Shown here piece by piece: positions 6,512 to 14,387 of a DNA stretch of 15,750 nucleotides. Below the pieces are notes generated by a model. The model made no database searches, was not told the origin of the DNA, and worked only from the letters and a program-made list of their open reading frames with translations. This DNA comes from Promethearchaeota archaeon (lineage in GTDB: Archaea > Asgardarchaeota > Lokiarchaeia > Sigyniarchaeales > SOKP01), in assembly GCA_016839705.1 (NCBI GenBank), contig JAEOTR010000068.1:1-15750 (forward strand), in the 5' to 3' direction. The number at the start of each line of letters is the position of its first letter. Position 1 is the first letter of the stretch. Position numbers and translations under genes: made by a program.

Positions 6512-9310
6512 TTGAAAATATGTATGTCTAAAGCGATCATCCAAAAAGCCTTTCAAGAAAAGTATACCACTAAAAATAAATTAGAGAAAAGCTGGCAGGA
6601 CTTCTTAAATAGAGACACTTATTTAACAATTGATGAAAAACGCAAATTTTTTAGTGAAATAAACCAATTGGCAAAATTTCCTCGACTTATTAAATTTAAA
6701 TTTAAAGCAAGAAGGGTGTTTAGAAAATTTAGGAAGGTTTTACACACCTTGATTGAAGAAATTAATACCTATAATGATTATTTTATTGAAAATCGTTTAA
6801 AAAATTGCCAATCCTTCTTAAATGGAAAGGATGATGGATTAAAGTATCCCTTAGATGAAGAACAAAAATTGGCTGTAATTAAGGATGATAAACATAACCT
6901 TGTAATTGCCGGGGCCGGTTCAGGGAAAACAAGTGTAATTTCTTCTAGAATGGCTTATTTGATTAGACGAAAGGATAAAGTTGATCAAGATAAAATATTA
7001 GCATTAGCATTCACTAAGGTAGCTGCTGATGAGATGAAGGAAAGGTTAAAAAAAAACTATGGTATTGAAATTGATATCTCAACGTTTCATGCTTTAGGAA
7101 GGAGCATCATAGAAGAGGAACTAGATCATAAACCTAAACTTATATTTAATGGTAATGAAAAAGAGATATACGAACTCATTGAAAAATTATTTATGGATGC
7201 CCTTAAGGAAGTTAAATATCAAAACATTCTTATAGAATATTTAGCATATCATTCAGAGCAAGAAGTTAAACCTGAATCATTTGAAAATAAAGTGGAATAT
7301 TATGAATATATGAGAAATAAAAACTATTCAACTCTTAATGATATTTCTGTGAAATCAATTTCTGAAAGGGATATTGGAAACTTTCTATTCTTGCATAATA
7401 TCAAATTCGAGTATGAACCATTGGTAGAATGGGTGGATGAGAGTGAAGAGGATAAAGAATACCATCCTGATTTTTATCTTCCTGAATATGATGTCTATAT
7501 TGAGCATTGGGGATTGAATAAGAGTAATCAAGTTCCAGAGTGGTTTACGAAAACTTCTGAAGAATATCTACAGTTAAGAAATTGGAAATTAGAACAATTT
7601 GAAACTCATAATAAAACCATTGTAGAAACATGGGATTATGAGCGTTTATCTGAGGAACTAATTCCAAATTTAAAGGAAAAGCTAAAGAAAGTAATTCCTA
7701 AATTAGAATTTATTCCATTAACTTATAGTGAGCTAGTTGAAAAAACATTTGAGTTTAAAGAGAAACGAAATGAGGTTGTCAAGCTAGTTGGAAACTTTAT
7801 AAAAATATCAAAATGTAATTTTTATACGGTGTCAGATATAACTGAGAGAATAAAAGCAAAAAAATATTCTAAAAAACAGAAATTATTCGGAGAATTGGCT
7901 CTTGAAGTGTATAGGAGATATCAAGATTACTTGAATACGGAAAATCGGATAGATTTCAATGATATGATTAACCTTGCCGTTGAATTAACAAAAAAAGAAC
8001 CAGAAAAGTATATTAGTAGATATGATCATGTTCTTGTCGATGAATTCCAAGATATTTCTTATCAGAGATTAGAATTGATCAAGTGTTTTGTTAATGATAA
8101 ATCAAATACGAAATTATTCTGTGTGGGTGATGATTGGCAAAGTATCTATCAATTTACAGGTAGCGACGTACGATTTTTTGTCAACTTTAAAGATTATTTT
8201 CCGAATCCTGAAATCACTTATCTAAGCAATAATTATCGAAGTAGTAAAACTATTGTAGGCATATCAAATAAGTTAATAGCCAATAATAAGAAACAAATTA
8301 TCAAAGAAACCCGTTCCACTCACGATATTGGAATGCAACCTATGTTTATTGATTTTACTTCAGGATTTAATTATAATCCTAAAATTCAATATGAAAATAT
8401 CTACAATCTTATCCAAATCCTATTAGATGATGGAGTTGAACCTCATGAGATTATGGTTTTATCACGGTTTAATAAATACTTAAGAGATTTGGAAATCTTT
8501 TGTGGTGCCAGAGGAGTTCCAACAGAATCAGAACATGGTGGAGTACGATTTTATAGCGCTCATAAATCAAAGGGCTCTGAAAGTCAGCATGTAATTCTAA
8601 CGGATATGACCTCTGGACTATACGGATTTCCATGCGAAATTCAAGATTCATCAGTAATGGAATTAGCGAAAAGATTTGAATCTGATGGCTTTATAGATGA
8701 AGAACGACGGCTTTTTTATGTATCTTTGACTCGAAGTAAGAAATTTCTCTATATTTACAGCATGGAACAGAGCAACTCTATGTTTCTAAATGAGATTAAT
8801 CCATATTTATTGAGATTACGATTAGATACCACAAATAGATGGGATGAAGGATTATCTGATTATATGAAGTCTTTTATTAAGGGAATTTTACCCGATATAC
8901 CAATATCCTGCCCTAACTGCGATAGCTTTTTAGTTAAAAGAACTGGAAAGAAAGGGAATTTCCTCGGATGTAGTCGCTACCCTAAATGTAATTATACTCA
9001 AGATTTAGAAAATCTATCTGAGAGATATGAAGATAAAAAAATCTTTACTATTGACTCTCTTCCAAGATTCTGTGAACAATGCGGAAAACCTTTAGCAATC
9101 CGGAAAGGCCCTTATGGAGGGTTTTTAGGATGTACAAGATATCCAAATTGTAAATTTACTTTCAATCTTAGTGATGATAAGCCAATTATTTGCCCAAGCT
9201 GTGGAAGCCCTCTTGTCGTAAGAAAAGGACAGTATGGAGCTTTTTTAGGATGTACGAACTATCCGAGATGTAAATTTTTGTTAGATAGCAAGAAATTCAG
9301 AAGAGGTTAA
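6512..9310 (+). CDS. SF1A DNA helicase (helicase IV/UvrD-like) with inserted PD-(D/E)xK-type nuclease-like domain and three C-terminal topoisomerase-type C4 zinc ribbons
   Basis: Q motif LDEEQ, Walker A AGAGSGKT (~6908-6931), Ia LAFT, STFH, Walker B VDEFQD, III VGDDWQSIYQF, IV NYRS, V HKSKGSE, VI EERRLFYVSLTRSK. Insert KSISE..IGNFL..FEYE..YHPDFYL..YIEHWG (~7350-7513). CxxC..GC..YPxC repeats start at 8909, 9071 and 9191. The true start may be ATG 6524. Confidence 0.92.
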   Translation: MKICMSKAIIQKAFQEKYTTKNKLEKSWQDFLNRDTYLTIDEKRKFFSEINQLAKFPRLIKFKFKARRVFRKFRKVLHTLIEEINTYNDYFIENRLKNCQSFLNGKDDGLKYPLDEEQKLAVIKDDKHNLVIAGAGSGKTSVISSRMAYLIRRKDKVDQDKILALAFTKVAADEMKERLKKNYGIEIDISTFHALGRSIIEEELDHKPKLIFNGNEKEIYELIEKLFMDALKEVKYQNILIEYLAYHSEQEVKPESFENKVEYYEYMRNKNYSTLNDISVKSISERDIGNFLFLHNIKFEYEPLVEWVDESEEDKEYHPDFYLPEYDVYIEHWGLNKSNQVPEWFTKTSEEYLQLRNWKLEQFETHNKTIVETWDYERLSEELIPNLKEKLKKVIPKLEFIPLTYSELVEKTFEFKEKRNEVVKLVGNFIKISKCNFYTVSDITERIKAKKYSKKQKLFGELALEVYRRYQDYLNTENRIDFNDMINLAVELTKKEPEKYISRYDHVLVDEFQDISYQRLELIKCFVNDKSNTKLFCVGDDWQSIYQFTGSDVRFFVNFKDYFPNPEITYLSNNYRSSKTIVGISNKLIANNKKQIIKETRSTHDIGMQPMFIDFTSGFNYNPKIQYENIYNLIQILLDDGVEPHEIMVLSRFNKYLRDLEIFCGARGVPTESEHGGVRFYSAHKSKGSESQHVILTDMTSGLYGFPCEIQDSSVMELAKRFESDGFIDEERRLFYVSLTRSKKFLYIYSMEQSNSMFLNEINPYLLRLRLDTTNRWDEGLSDYMKSFIKGILPDIPISCPNCDSFLVKRTGKKGNFLGCSRYPKCNYTQDLENLSERYEDKKIFTIDSLPRFCEQCGKPLAIRKGPYGGFLGCTRYPNCKFTFNLSDDKPIICPSCGSPLVVRKGQYGAFLGCTNYPRCKFLLDSKKFRRG

Positions 9311-9318
9311 AATGAATT

Positions 9319-9975
9319 ATGGCTGAAATCCCAAAGTTTTGCCCGAGATGCGGTAAACCATTAGAGATGAGAAAAGGAACTTATGGGACTTATCTAGATT
9401 GTACAGATTACCCCAAATGTAAATATACATATGATTTTTCTAGTAAAAATGTAGCTAAGACAACACAAAATGGCACAAACACACCTTCCTCGTGCCCAAA
9501 ATGCGGAAAAAAATTAGCATTATATATTGGAAAATACGGGATATTTCTTGGGTGTAATGGTTATCCCAAATGTAATTACTCACTAAACTTCGAGGATCCC
9601 TATAATATTACCTGTCCAAAATGCGGGAAAATCATGATAGAACGGACTGGAACTTATGGGATGTTCTATGGGTGTAAAGGGTATCCCAAATGTAAATTTA
9701 CCTTCGATCTAAGGGTAAAAGGAAAAACTAAGGAAAAAAAACCTGTAAAAAAGTTAGTTTTACCAGAGGGATACGGTTTTAAAGTTACGGGGGATGATAT
9801 ACTAGGTGCTCTGACTTGTGAGGGGCAAAATTTGCGTGGACTTGTAACTAAATTAGAACTAACTAATGAAGTAGATATTAATTACCTTAAACTCAAATTA
9901 AAGGAATTCGAACATAAAGGCTTTATAATCAAAAATTTTAATGATAACGAAACAATTTGGGAGAAAGTTAAATAA
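9319..9975 (+). CDS. Topoisomerase-type C4 zinc-ribbon repeat protein (3 repeats) with putative C-terminal winged-helix domain
   Basis: Three CPxCGxx..GxYG..C..YPKCxY/F repeats and a Lys-rich linker. The C-terminus ILGAL..NLRGLVTKL..YLKLKLKEFEHKGFI..NETIW is wHTH-like. It starts 8 nt after the helicase stop, with GAGGT at 9303-9307. Confidence 0.85.
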   Translation: MAEIPKFCPRCGKPLEMRKGTYGTYLDCTDYPKCKYTYDFSSKNVAKTTQNGTNTPSSCPKCGKKLALYIGKYGIFLGCNGYPKCNYSLNFEDPYNITCPKCGKIMIERTGTYGMFYGCKGYPKCKFTFDLRVKGKTKEKKPVKKLVLPEGYGFKVTGDDILGALTCEGQNLRGLVTKLELTNEVDINYLKLKLKEFEHKGFIIKNFNDNETIWEKVK

Positions 9976-10014
9976 ATTTCAAGTTAAGTTATATTTATAT
10001 TATATTTTTTAAAG

Positions 10015-10719
10015 GTGGTATATAGGTTATATATTATGAAATCAAATGATAATGATTTAAACATTCCAAAAACATGCCCTAAATGTGGTAGTGAATTAGA
10101 AGAACGTGAAGGGAAATATGGAAAATTCTTGGGATGCACTAATTTTCCAGAATGTCGTTATACGTTTGATTTGAGTGGTGATAATATCAGTCTTAAATGC
10201 CCTGATTGCGGTAAAAGTTTACGATTCCGAGATAGTCAATATGGAAGGTTTTTAAGCTGCAGTGGTTTTCCCGATTGTAAATTTGCGTTTAATCCAGAAT
10301 TTAAAGATCATCCTGATATCTTTTGCCCAAAATGTAATAAGACTTTAGAATTAGAGACCATTGAAGATAAAAAATATCTAACTTGTAAAGGAAAGCCCCA
10401 ATGTGATTTCAAGCTTGAATGGGTTGATTCCAAGCAGAAAATTACCAAAAGAGGTTATTATCCTAAATGTCCTGATTGCAGTAGTGAATTAGCGAAGCGT
10501 AGTGGTAAATTTGGGTCATTCCTAGGATGTGTTAGCTATCCAAATTGCAGATTTACGTTCGATCCCGAAAGAGAGAATCAAAGAGTTTTAAAGTGTCCTG
10601 AATGTGGAAAAGAGTTAGATATAAGGCTAGGAAAATATGGTAAATTTGTAGGATGTTCAGGATATCCTGAATGCAGATATATCTTTGATCTTAGGAGTTC
10701 GGAACCAAAACTAGATTGA
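10015..10719 (+). CDS. Topoisomerase-type C4 zinc-ribbon repeat protein (5 repeats; YrdD-like architecture)
   Basis: Five CPxC..C..[FY/K]PxC repeats, the third divergent (CPKCNKTLELETIEDKKYLTCKGKPQC). No catalytic domain. The start may be ATG 10036. Confidence 0.88.
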   Translation: MVYRLYIMKSNDNDLNIPKTCPKCGSELEEREGKYGKFLGCTNFPECRYTFDLSGDNISLKCPDCGKSLRFRDSQYGRFLSCSGFPDCKFAFNPEFKDHPDIFCPKCNKTLELETIEDKKYLTCKGKPQCDFKLEWVDSKQKITKRGYYPKCPDCSSELAKRSGKFGSFLGCVSYPNCRFTFDPERENQRVLKCPECGKELDIRLGKYGKFVGCSGYPECRYIFDLRSSEPKLD

Positions 10720-10735
10720 TTTAAGTTTAAAAGAA

Positions 10736-10787
10736 TTTGGATTATATCCAAAAATCATTTTTTGGATACCCTTTTTCTATTTATAAA
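10736..10787. promoter_or_regulatory. Overlapping inverted repeats (candidate operator or terminator hairpin) followed by a TATA-like box
   Basis: TTTGGAT-tat-ATCCAAA (10736-10752) overlaps the perfect TATCCAAAAA-tcat-TTTTTGGATA (10745-10768). TTTATAAA lies at 10780-10787, ~20 nt before ATG 10808. Confidence 0.5.
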
Positions 10788-10807
10788 TAATGATAATGTT
10801 ATGATTC

Positions 10808-11104
10808 ATGAAAGAAATGATAACTACTCAAATAAGTATTAAAAGAAAACTGCTGTTAAAACAATATTTGAACGGTCAACTTGCGGTATATGTTAATGAT
10901 ATTAATAGTGAGCCAATAGCTGAACTTTCTATCATGCATAATTCTATAGATCTTGCTCCAAATGAATTTATTTTGAAAGATTATTCTGAGAATGAATATT
11001 TGGTGCAACAATGCTATGAATCAAACTTATTTACACCAACAGATAGATTTGTTTTAATCGGCTCACATCTCTGTCCTATATGTCAGATTAAGTCGGAAGT
11101 TTGA
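10808..11104 (+). CDS. Small hypothetical protein, DUF4313-like
   Basis: Pattern YxNGxxAV..EPIAxLS..L..NEFILKDYSENE..TDRFV.IG..CPIC resembles my recollection of DUF4313-type mobile-element proteins. The 3' end overlaps the convergent gene by 22 nt. Confidence 0.6.
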   Translation: MKEMITTQISIKRKLLLKQYLNGQLAVYVNDINSEPIAELSIMHNSIDLAPNEFILKDYSENEYLVQQCYESNLFTPTDRFVLIGSHLCPICQIKSEV

Positions 11105-12885
11105 AACTGCTGTAACGTTTTCACGAAATCTGTTGACTCGTTTGCACTTAAAATAAGCTTCTTCTTAGTACGAGTCATACCTACATAGAGTAACTGACGA
11201 TCTTGATCAGATTTATAGGTGTTGACTTCGGGGATTATGATGGTGTCCGCTTCTAATCCTTTTGTTCCGTGAAGGGTACCGATCAATAATCCTGGTGTTT
11301 TATAATCATAATCCATCAAATCTTTCCAATTTATATGTAATTGTCTTAAATAATCAAAAAAGGGATGTTCATATTTCCTTTTCGCCATGTTATATTTGAA
11401 TAGTACTAAGATTTCTTGAGGAGACTTCAAAAGGTTATTAATTTTATCAGCAAGCTTTCTGTACTCCTCATCTCGAGTTCTTGATAGAATAAACTCAAAT
11501 AATCCGTGTGTTCCTATGAATTCTTCTGTTGCTAGAAATTCATCAAATTTTCCAATTAATTCTTTTATAGCTTGAGGTAACGTTTCTTGAGCTATATATC
11601 CTATTTCAATGGGAGTACGATATGATTTCTGGAATCTTCTCACCCTACCCCTCGCTTGGATTCCAACATTCGACCAAAAAAATCTTTTTCGATCATATAT
11701 TCCTTGAAGACCGTCACAAGTAATCAATAAGGAATTAGATTTTGAATTTAAGACTTGCATGATGGATTTAAACCAACCTTCCTCAAAATCTTGGGCCTCA
11801 TCAATAAGGATGGCATCATAAGTTATCTTATCATCACCGAGAGCCGTTAACATTTCTAATAATAATCCGGGTACTTTTTTATTGAAAAATTCATCGAACC
11901 CATTTTCCCGTCTGGCTTTATTTTCTGCTTCCAGATACAATCTTGAATACTCATTATCGGGACTCAGAATATAACTTCTGGCCCATGCATGAAAATTATT
12001 AATTGTTACATCAGCATCGTAATCTTGCGGGTTCAATAAGTGGAAAAGTAACATTTTCAATCTTTTATTATAACATAATACGAGAATTCTCCAATTTGGA
12101 TGCCGGAGAGCTAATATTCTTGCACGGGCAATTAAAAGGACCGTTTTTCCACTTCCAGCAACCCCAAATATCAGTCTATGGCCCTCCCCCATTACCCTTG
12201 CTAAGCTTTCTTGCTCTTCGTCTAAGAGTTTAATCCTATCCTCGATTGAGAAATATTCAAGTAAGTCAGTCTGTTTTAAATCAGGTAATCGACAGGTCGG
12301 GATAATATTTGCTCTTAGCACCTTAAACTGTTCTTCAGAGAGATAAGCATTTACTGGTATAATGCCAATCATAAATTCCTCAAAATTGTCATTTCTCTTC
12401 AACGTTTCTTTAAAGCTTACGTGAATTTTACTCGGTAAAAGTGCTCGGATCCCTCCAGCGGCATAACTACTCTCTGAAATTTGGCTAAATGCTACTAATC
12501 GGGTTATAGGAATATACACATCCTCAGGAAAGTGACAATATCCTATTCGATCTTTAATAGCACGCCAATATTGATACAGTTGATCAAATGGATTATCTAA
12601 TAATATTGGCTTCTCATCTTTTAATCTTTCCCATTTACCCGTTTTTGGTGTAGTCTTTAAATACCTTTCGGAGTAATCCTTGACTTCTACGATTAGAATC
12701 CCGTGTTGTGGTGAGAGAATAACAAAATCTGGATGTAAATCTCCAATATACGGCTCGAAATAAGCAATTATATGATTTTGCTTATCAAAAAAGTTGACAA
12801 TTCGGTTATAGACCATCCGCTCCCCATCGGTCGTCGTTGAAGGTGGTTTGCTCAGGAAATTTACCATATATTCAAGTAAAAGCAA
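11083..12885 (-). CDS. NERD nuclease domain fused to SF1 (UvrD-like) helicase/ATPase
   Basis: N-terminal GE..EP..HPDFVILSPQHGILIVEVKD..NPFDQ (NERD, PD-(D/E)xK). Walker A GVAGSGKT, LCYN, Walker B IDEAQD, DGLQGIY, SYRT, TLHGTKGLEAD, LLYVGMTRTK. Likely start ATG 12867. Confidence 0.92.
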   Translation of the reverse strand: MLLLEYMVNFLSKPPSTTTDGERMVYNRIVNFFDKQNHIIAYFEPYIGDLHPDFVILSPQHGILIVEVKDYSERYLKTTPKTGKWERLKDEKPILLDNPFDQLYQYWRAIKDRIGYCHFPEDVYIPITRLVAFSQISESSYAAGGIRALLPSKIHVSFKETLKRNDNFEEFMIGIIPVNAYLSEEQFKVLRANIIPTCRLPDLKQTDLLEYFSIEDRIKLLDEEQESLARVMGEGHRLIFGVAGSGKTVLLIARARILALRHPNWRILVLCYNKRLKMLLFHLLNPQDYDADVTINNFHAWARSYILSPDNEYSRLYLEAENKARRENGFDEFFNKKVPGLLLEMLTALGDDKITYDAILIDEAQDFEEGWFKSIMQVLNSKSNSLLITCDGLQGIYDRKRFFWSNVGIQARGRVRRFQKSYRTPIEIGYIAQETLPQAIKELIGKFDEFLATEEFIGTHGLFEFILSRTRDEEYRKLADKINNLLKSPQEILVLFKYNMAKRKYEHPFFDYLRQLHINWKDLMDYDYKTPGLLIGTLHGTKGLEADTIIIPEVNTYKSDQDRQLLYVGMTRTKKKLILSANESTDFVKTLQQFQTSDLI

Positions 12886-12995
12886 AATTCTTTATATAAT
12901 TATATAATCAATTATTCTCTATATAAAACTTGAGTAGAAATAGTTTATACCCATTTTATTTTAAAAAATTTAATTTGAAATAATCTTAATTATTG

Positions 12996-13556
12996 TTAAA
13001 TCATTAGAAGATAAAGTATACAAGCTGTAAAAAACAAAAGAGCGAATATAATAAGCAAGAAGTTCTTAATCTGGTAGCCATAATAGGCAAAACAAGCCAT
13101 GGAAATTGCGGTCAAGGTCAATGAAAATGCAGATAGCAAGAGATTATATGGATCAAAGCTTAAAAGGATTGATAGGATTTGTATAATTGCTCCTAAAGCT
13201 AGAAAGAAAATTGAATTGGAAGATCTATTCGTCAAAAATACCGCGAGTGGCAGAATCCCAAGACTCAAGATTAGGGCAAGATCAGGAATCAAACCAGTAA
13301 ATACTATCCCGTATATCCGCGTGAATTCAATATCTGCTGGAGTTGGAACCAATGGTAAAAATATACCAGGGATAAAAAAATCAATAATATACCATAGAAT
13401 AGCAATTGCGCTTCCAATAATTAGGAGGTTTGCTCTTTTGATTTTATCATCTTTTTTCACCAATACACTACCGACGAAAAATAAGATAAAGGAGATAAGC
13501 GCGAGAATGTTTGGAATGAAGGGTTCCCGAAAATGAAAACTGACTGTCATAATCAT
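12996..13556 (-). CDS. Polytopic membrane protein of unknown function (~6 TM helices)
   Basis: About six strongly hydrophobic segments separated by short charged loops (KKDDKIKR, NRSSN, DPYN). Confidence 0.75.
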   Translation of the reverse strand: MIMTVSFHFREPFIPNILALISFILFFVGSVLVKKDDKIKRANLLIIGSAIAILWYIIDFFIPGIFLPLVPTPADIEFTRIYGIVFTGLIPDLALILSLGILPLAVFLTNRSSNSIFFLALGAIIQILSILLSFDPYNLLLSAFSLTLTAISMACFAYYGYQIKNFLLIIFALLFFTACILYLLMI

Positions 13557-13685
13557 AGTGAATTATGAATAATCCTAAGTTTATTAATATTACGTACCTC
13601 GTGTAAATAAATTTGGATTTAAGAAATTGAAGATAATAAAAGGAATTTCTAAGAATATGCTTTTAACCTGGAAATTATTATTATA

Positions 13686-13958
13686 TTAGGTATTATGTGG
13701 ACTGCAAATTACATGAAGAGATCTCCATACTTCCCTTAATAATCCTTTTTTATCGATAAACTTGTAATCAATCTTCTAAATAAGTTCTTTAAGGTTTAAT
13801 TTCATAAACTTAGTAGAAACAAGATAAAATAGGTAGAAACAGAACGTATTCTTTATTTGTCCTACGTCATCTTGAGTTAAATCGTAATTTTCATGAACCA
13901 TTTTATTTCTTATTTCCCAAATTTCATCGAAACAAATTAATTTAAATTTAAGGAACAT
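13686..13958 (-). pseudogene. Probable relic of a HEPN-motif (R-x4-H) gene
   Basis: FDEIWEIRNKMVHENYDLTQDDV with RNKMVH at 13910-13893. The frame continues past the TAG at 13778-13776 as KIDYKFIDKKGLLREVWRSLHVICSPHNT*. The N-terminal HEPN helices are missing. Confidence 0.4.
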
Positions 13959-13970
13959 TTGAATTGAATT

Positions 13971-14237
13971 ATGAATGATAAAGGAAATAAAAGGTTCAAT
14001 TCTGCTGAAAAAGTTATATTATTTACTGGAATATTATTAATAGCATTGTCTTTTATAAGCGAATTTAATTTTCATTATTTTCAAGGATTTATGCCAGATG
14101 TAGTGGACGAAAGTATTTTCTGGAGAGCGGAGGCTGCTGAAGTTTTTAATTCCATGAGTTTTCTGATCATAGGCATACTCTTAATAATCATTGCCTTTAT
14201 CATCTCAAAAAAAAGATTGAGAGGATATAAGGACTAA
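13971..14237 (+). CDS. Small two-TM membrane protein
   Basis: Two hydrophobic helices with basic N- and C-termini and an acidic/aromatic loop. Confidence 0.7.
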   Translation: MNDKGNKRFNSAEKVILFTGILLIALSFISEFNFHYFQGFMPDVVDESIFWRAEAAEVFNSMSFLIIGILLIIIAFIISKKRLRGYKD

Positions 14238-14387
14238 TAGTGTTATTTGGTGACTTTATCTTATTTTACATAGTCTGCAGATAAGAAGATTTTAGAATTA
14301 AATTGCTTAAATTATTAATGCAAGTTTTAAATAAGTTTGACTACATATTGATTACACTACACAAATTAAGATAAAGAGGTAATATCG

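Noticed and set aside
8469-8651. 60-aa minus-strand ORF
   Set aside because: Shadow within conserved helicase motifs.
8909-10690. Recurrent DNA words (e.g. TATCCCAAATGTAA) as CRISPR or DGR repeats
   Set aside because: They are in-frame coding repeats with synonymous divergence and irregular spacing. No cas or reverse transcriptase gene is present.
8909-10719. Calling the zinc-ribbon genes topA or a split topoisomerase I
   Set aside because: No TOPRIM or catalytic Tyr core is present in the window, only the accessory ribbons.
12003-12233. 76-aa plus-strand ORF
   Set aside because: Shadow over the Walker A region of the NERD-helicase.
6512-12885. Assignment to Gabija or another named defence system, or to a bounded mobile element
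   Set aside because: No OLD/TOPRIM nuclease or other signature partner, and no integrase, transposase, tRNA or att repeats seen.
13099-13536. 145-aa basic plus-strand ORF
   Set aside because: Lys/Ile/Arg-rich composition is what the antisense of a Phe/Leu-rich membrane gene yields. The minus-strand gene is more credible.
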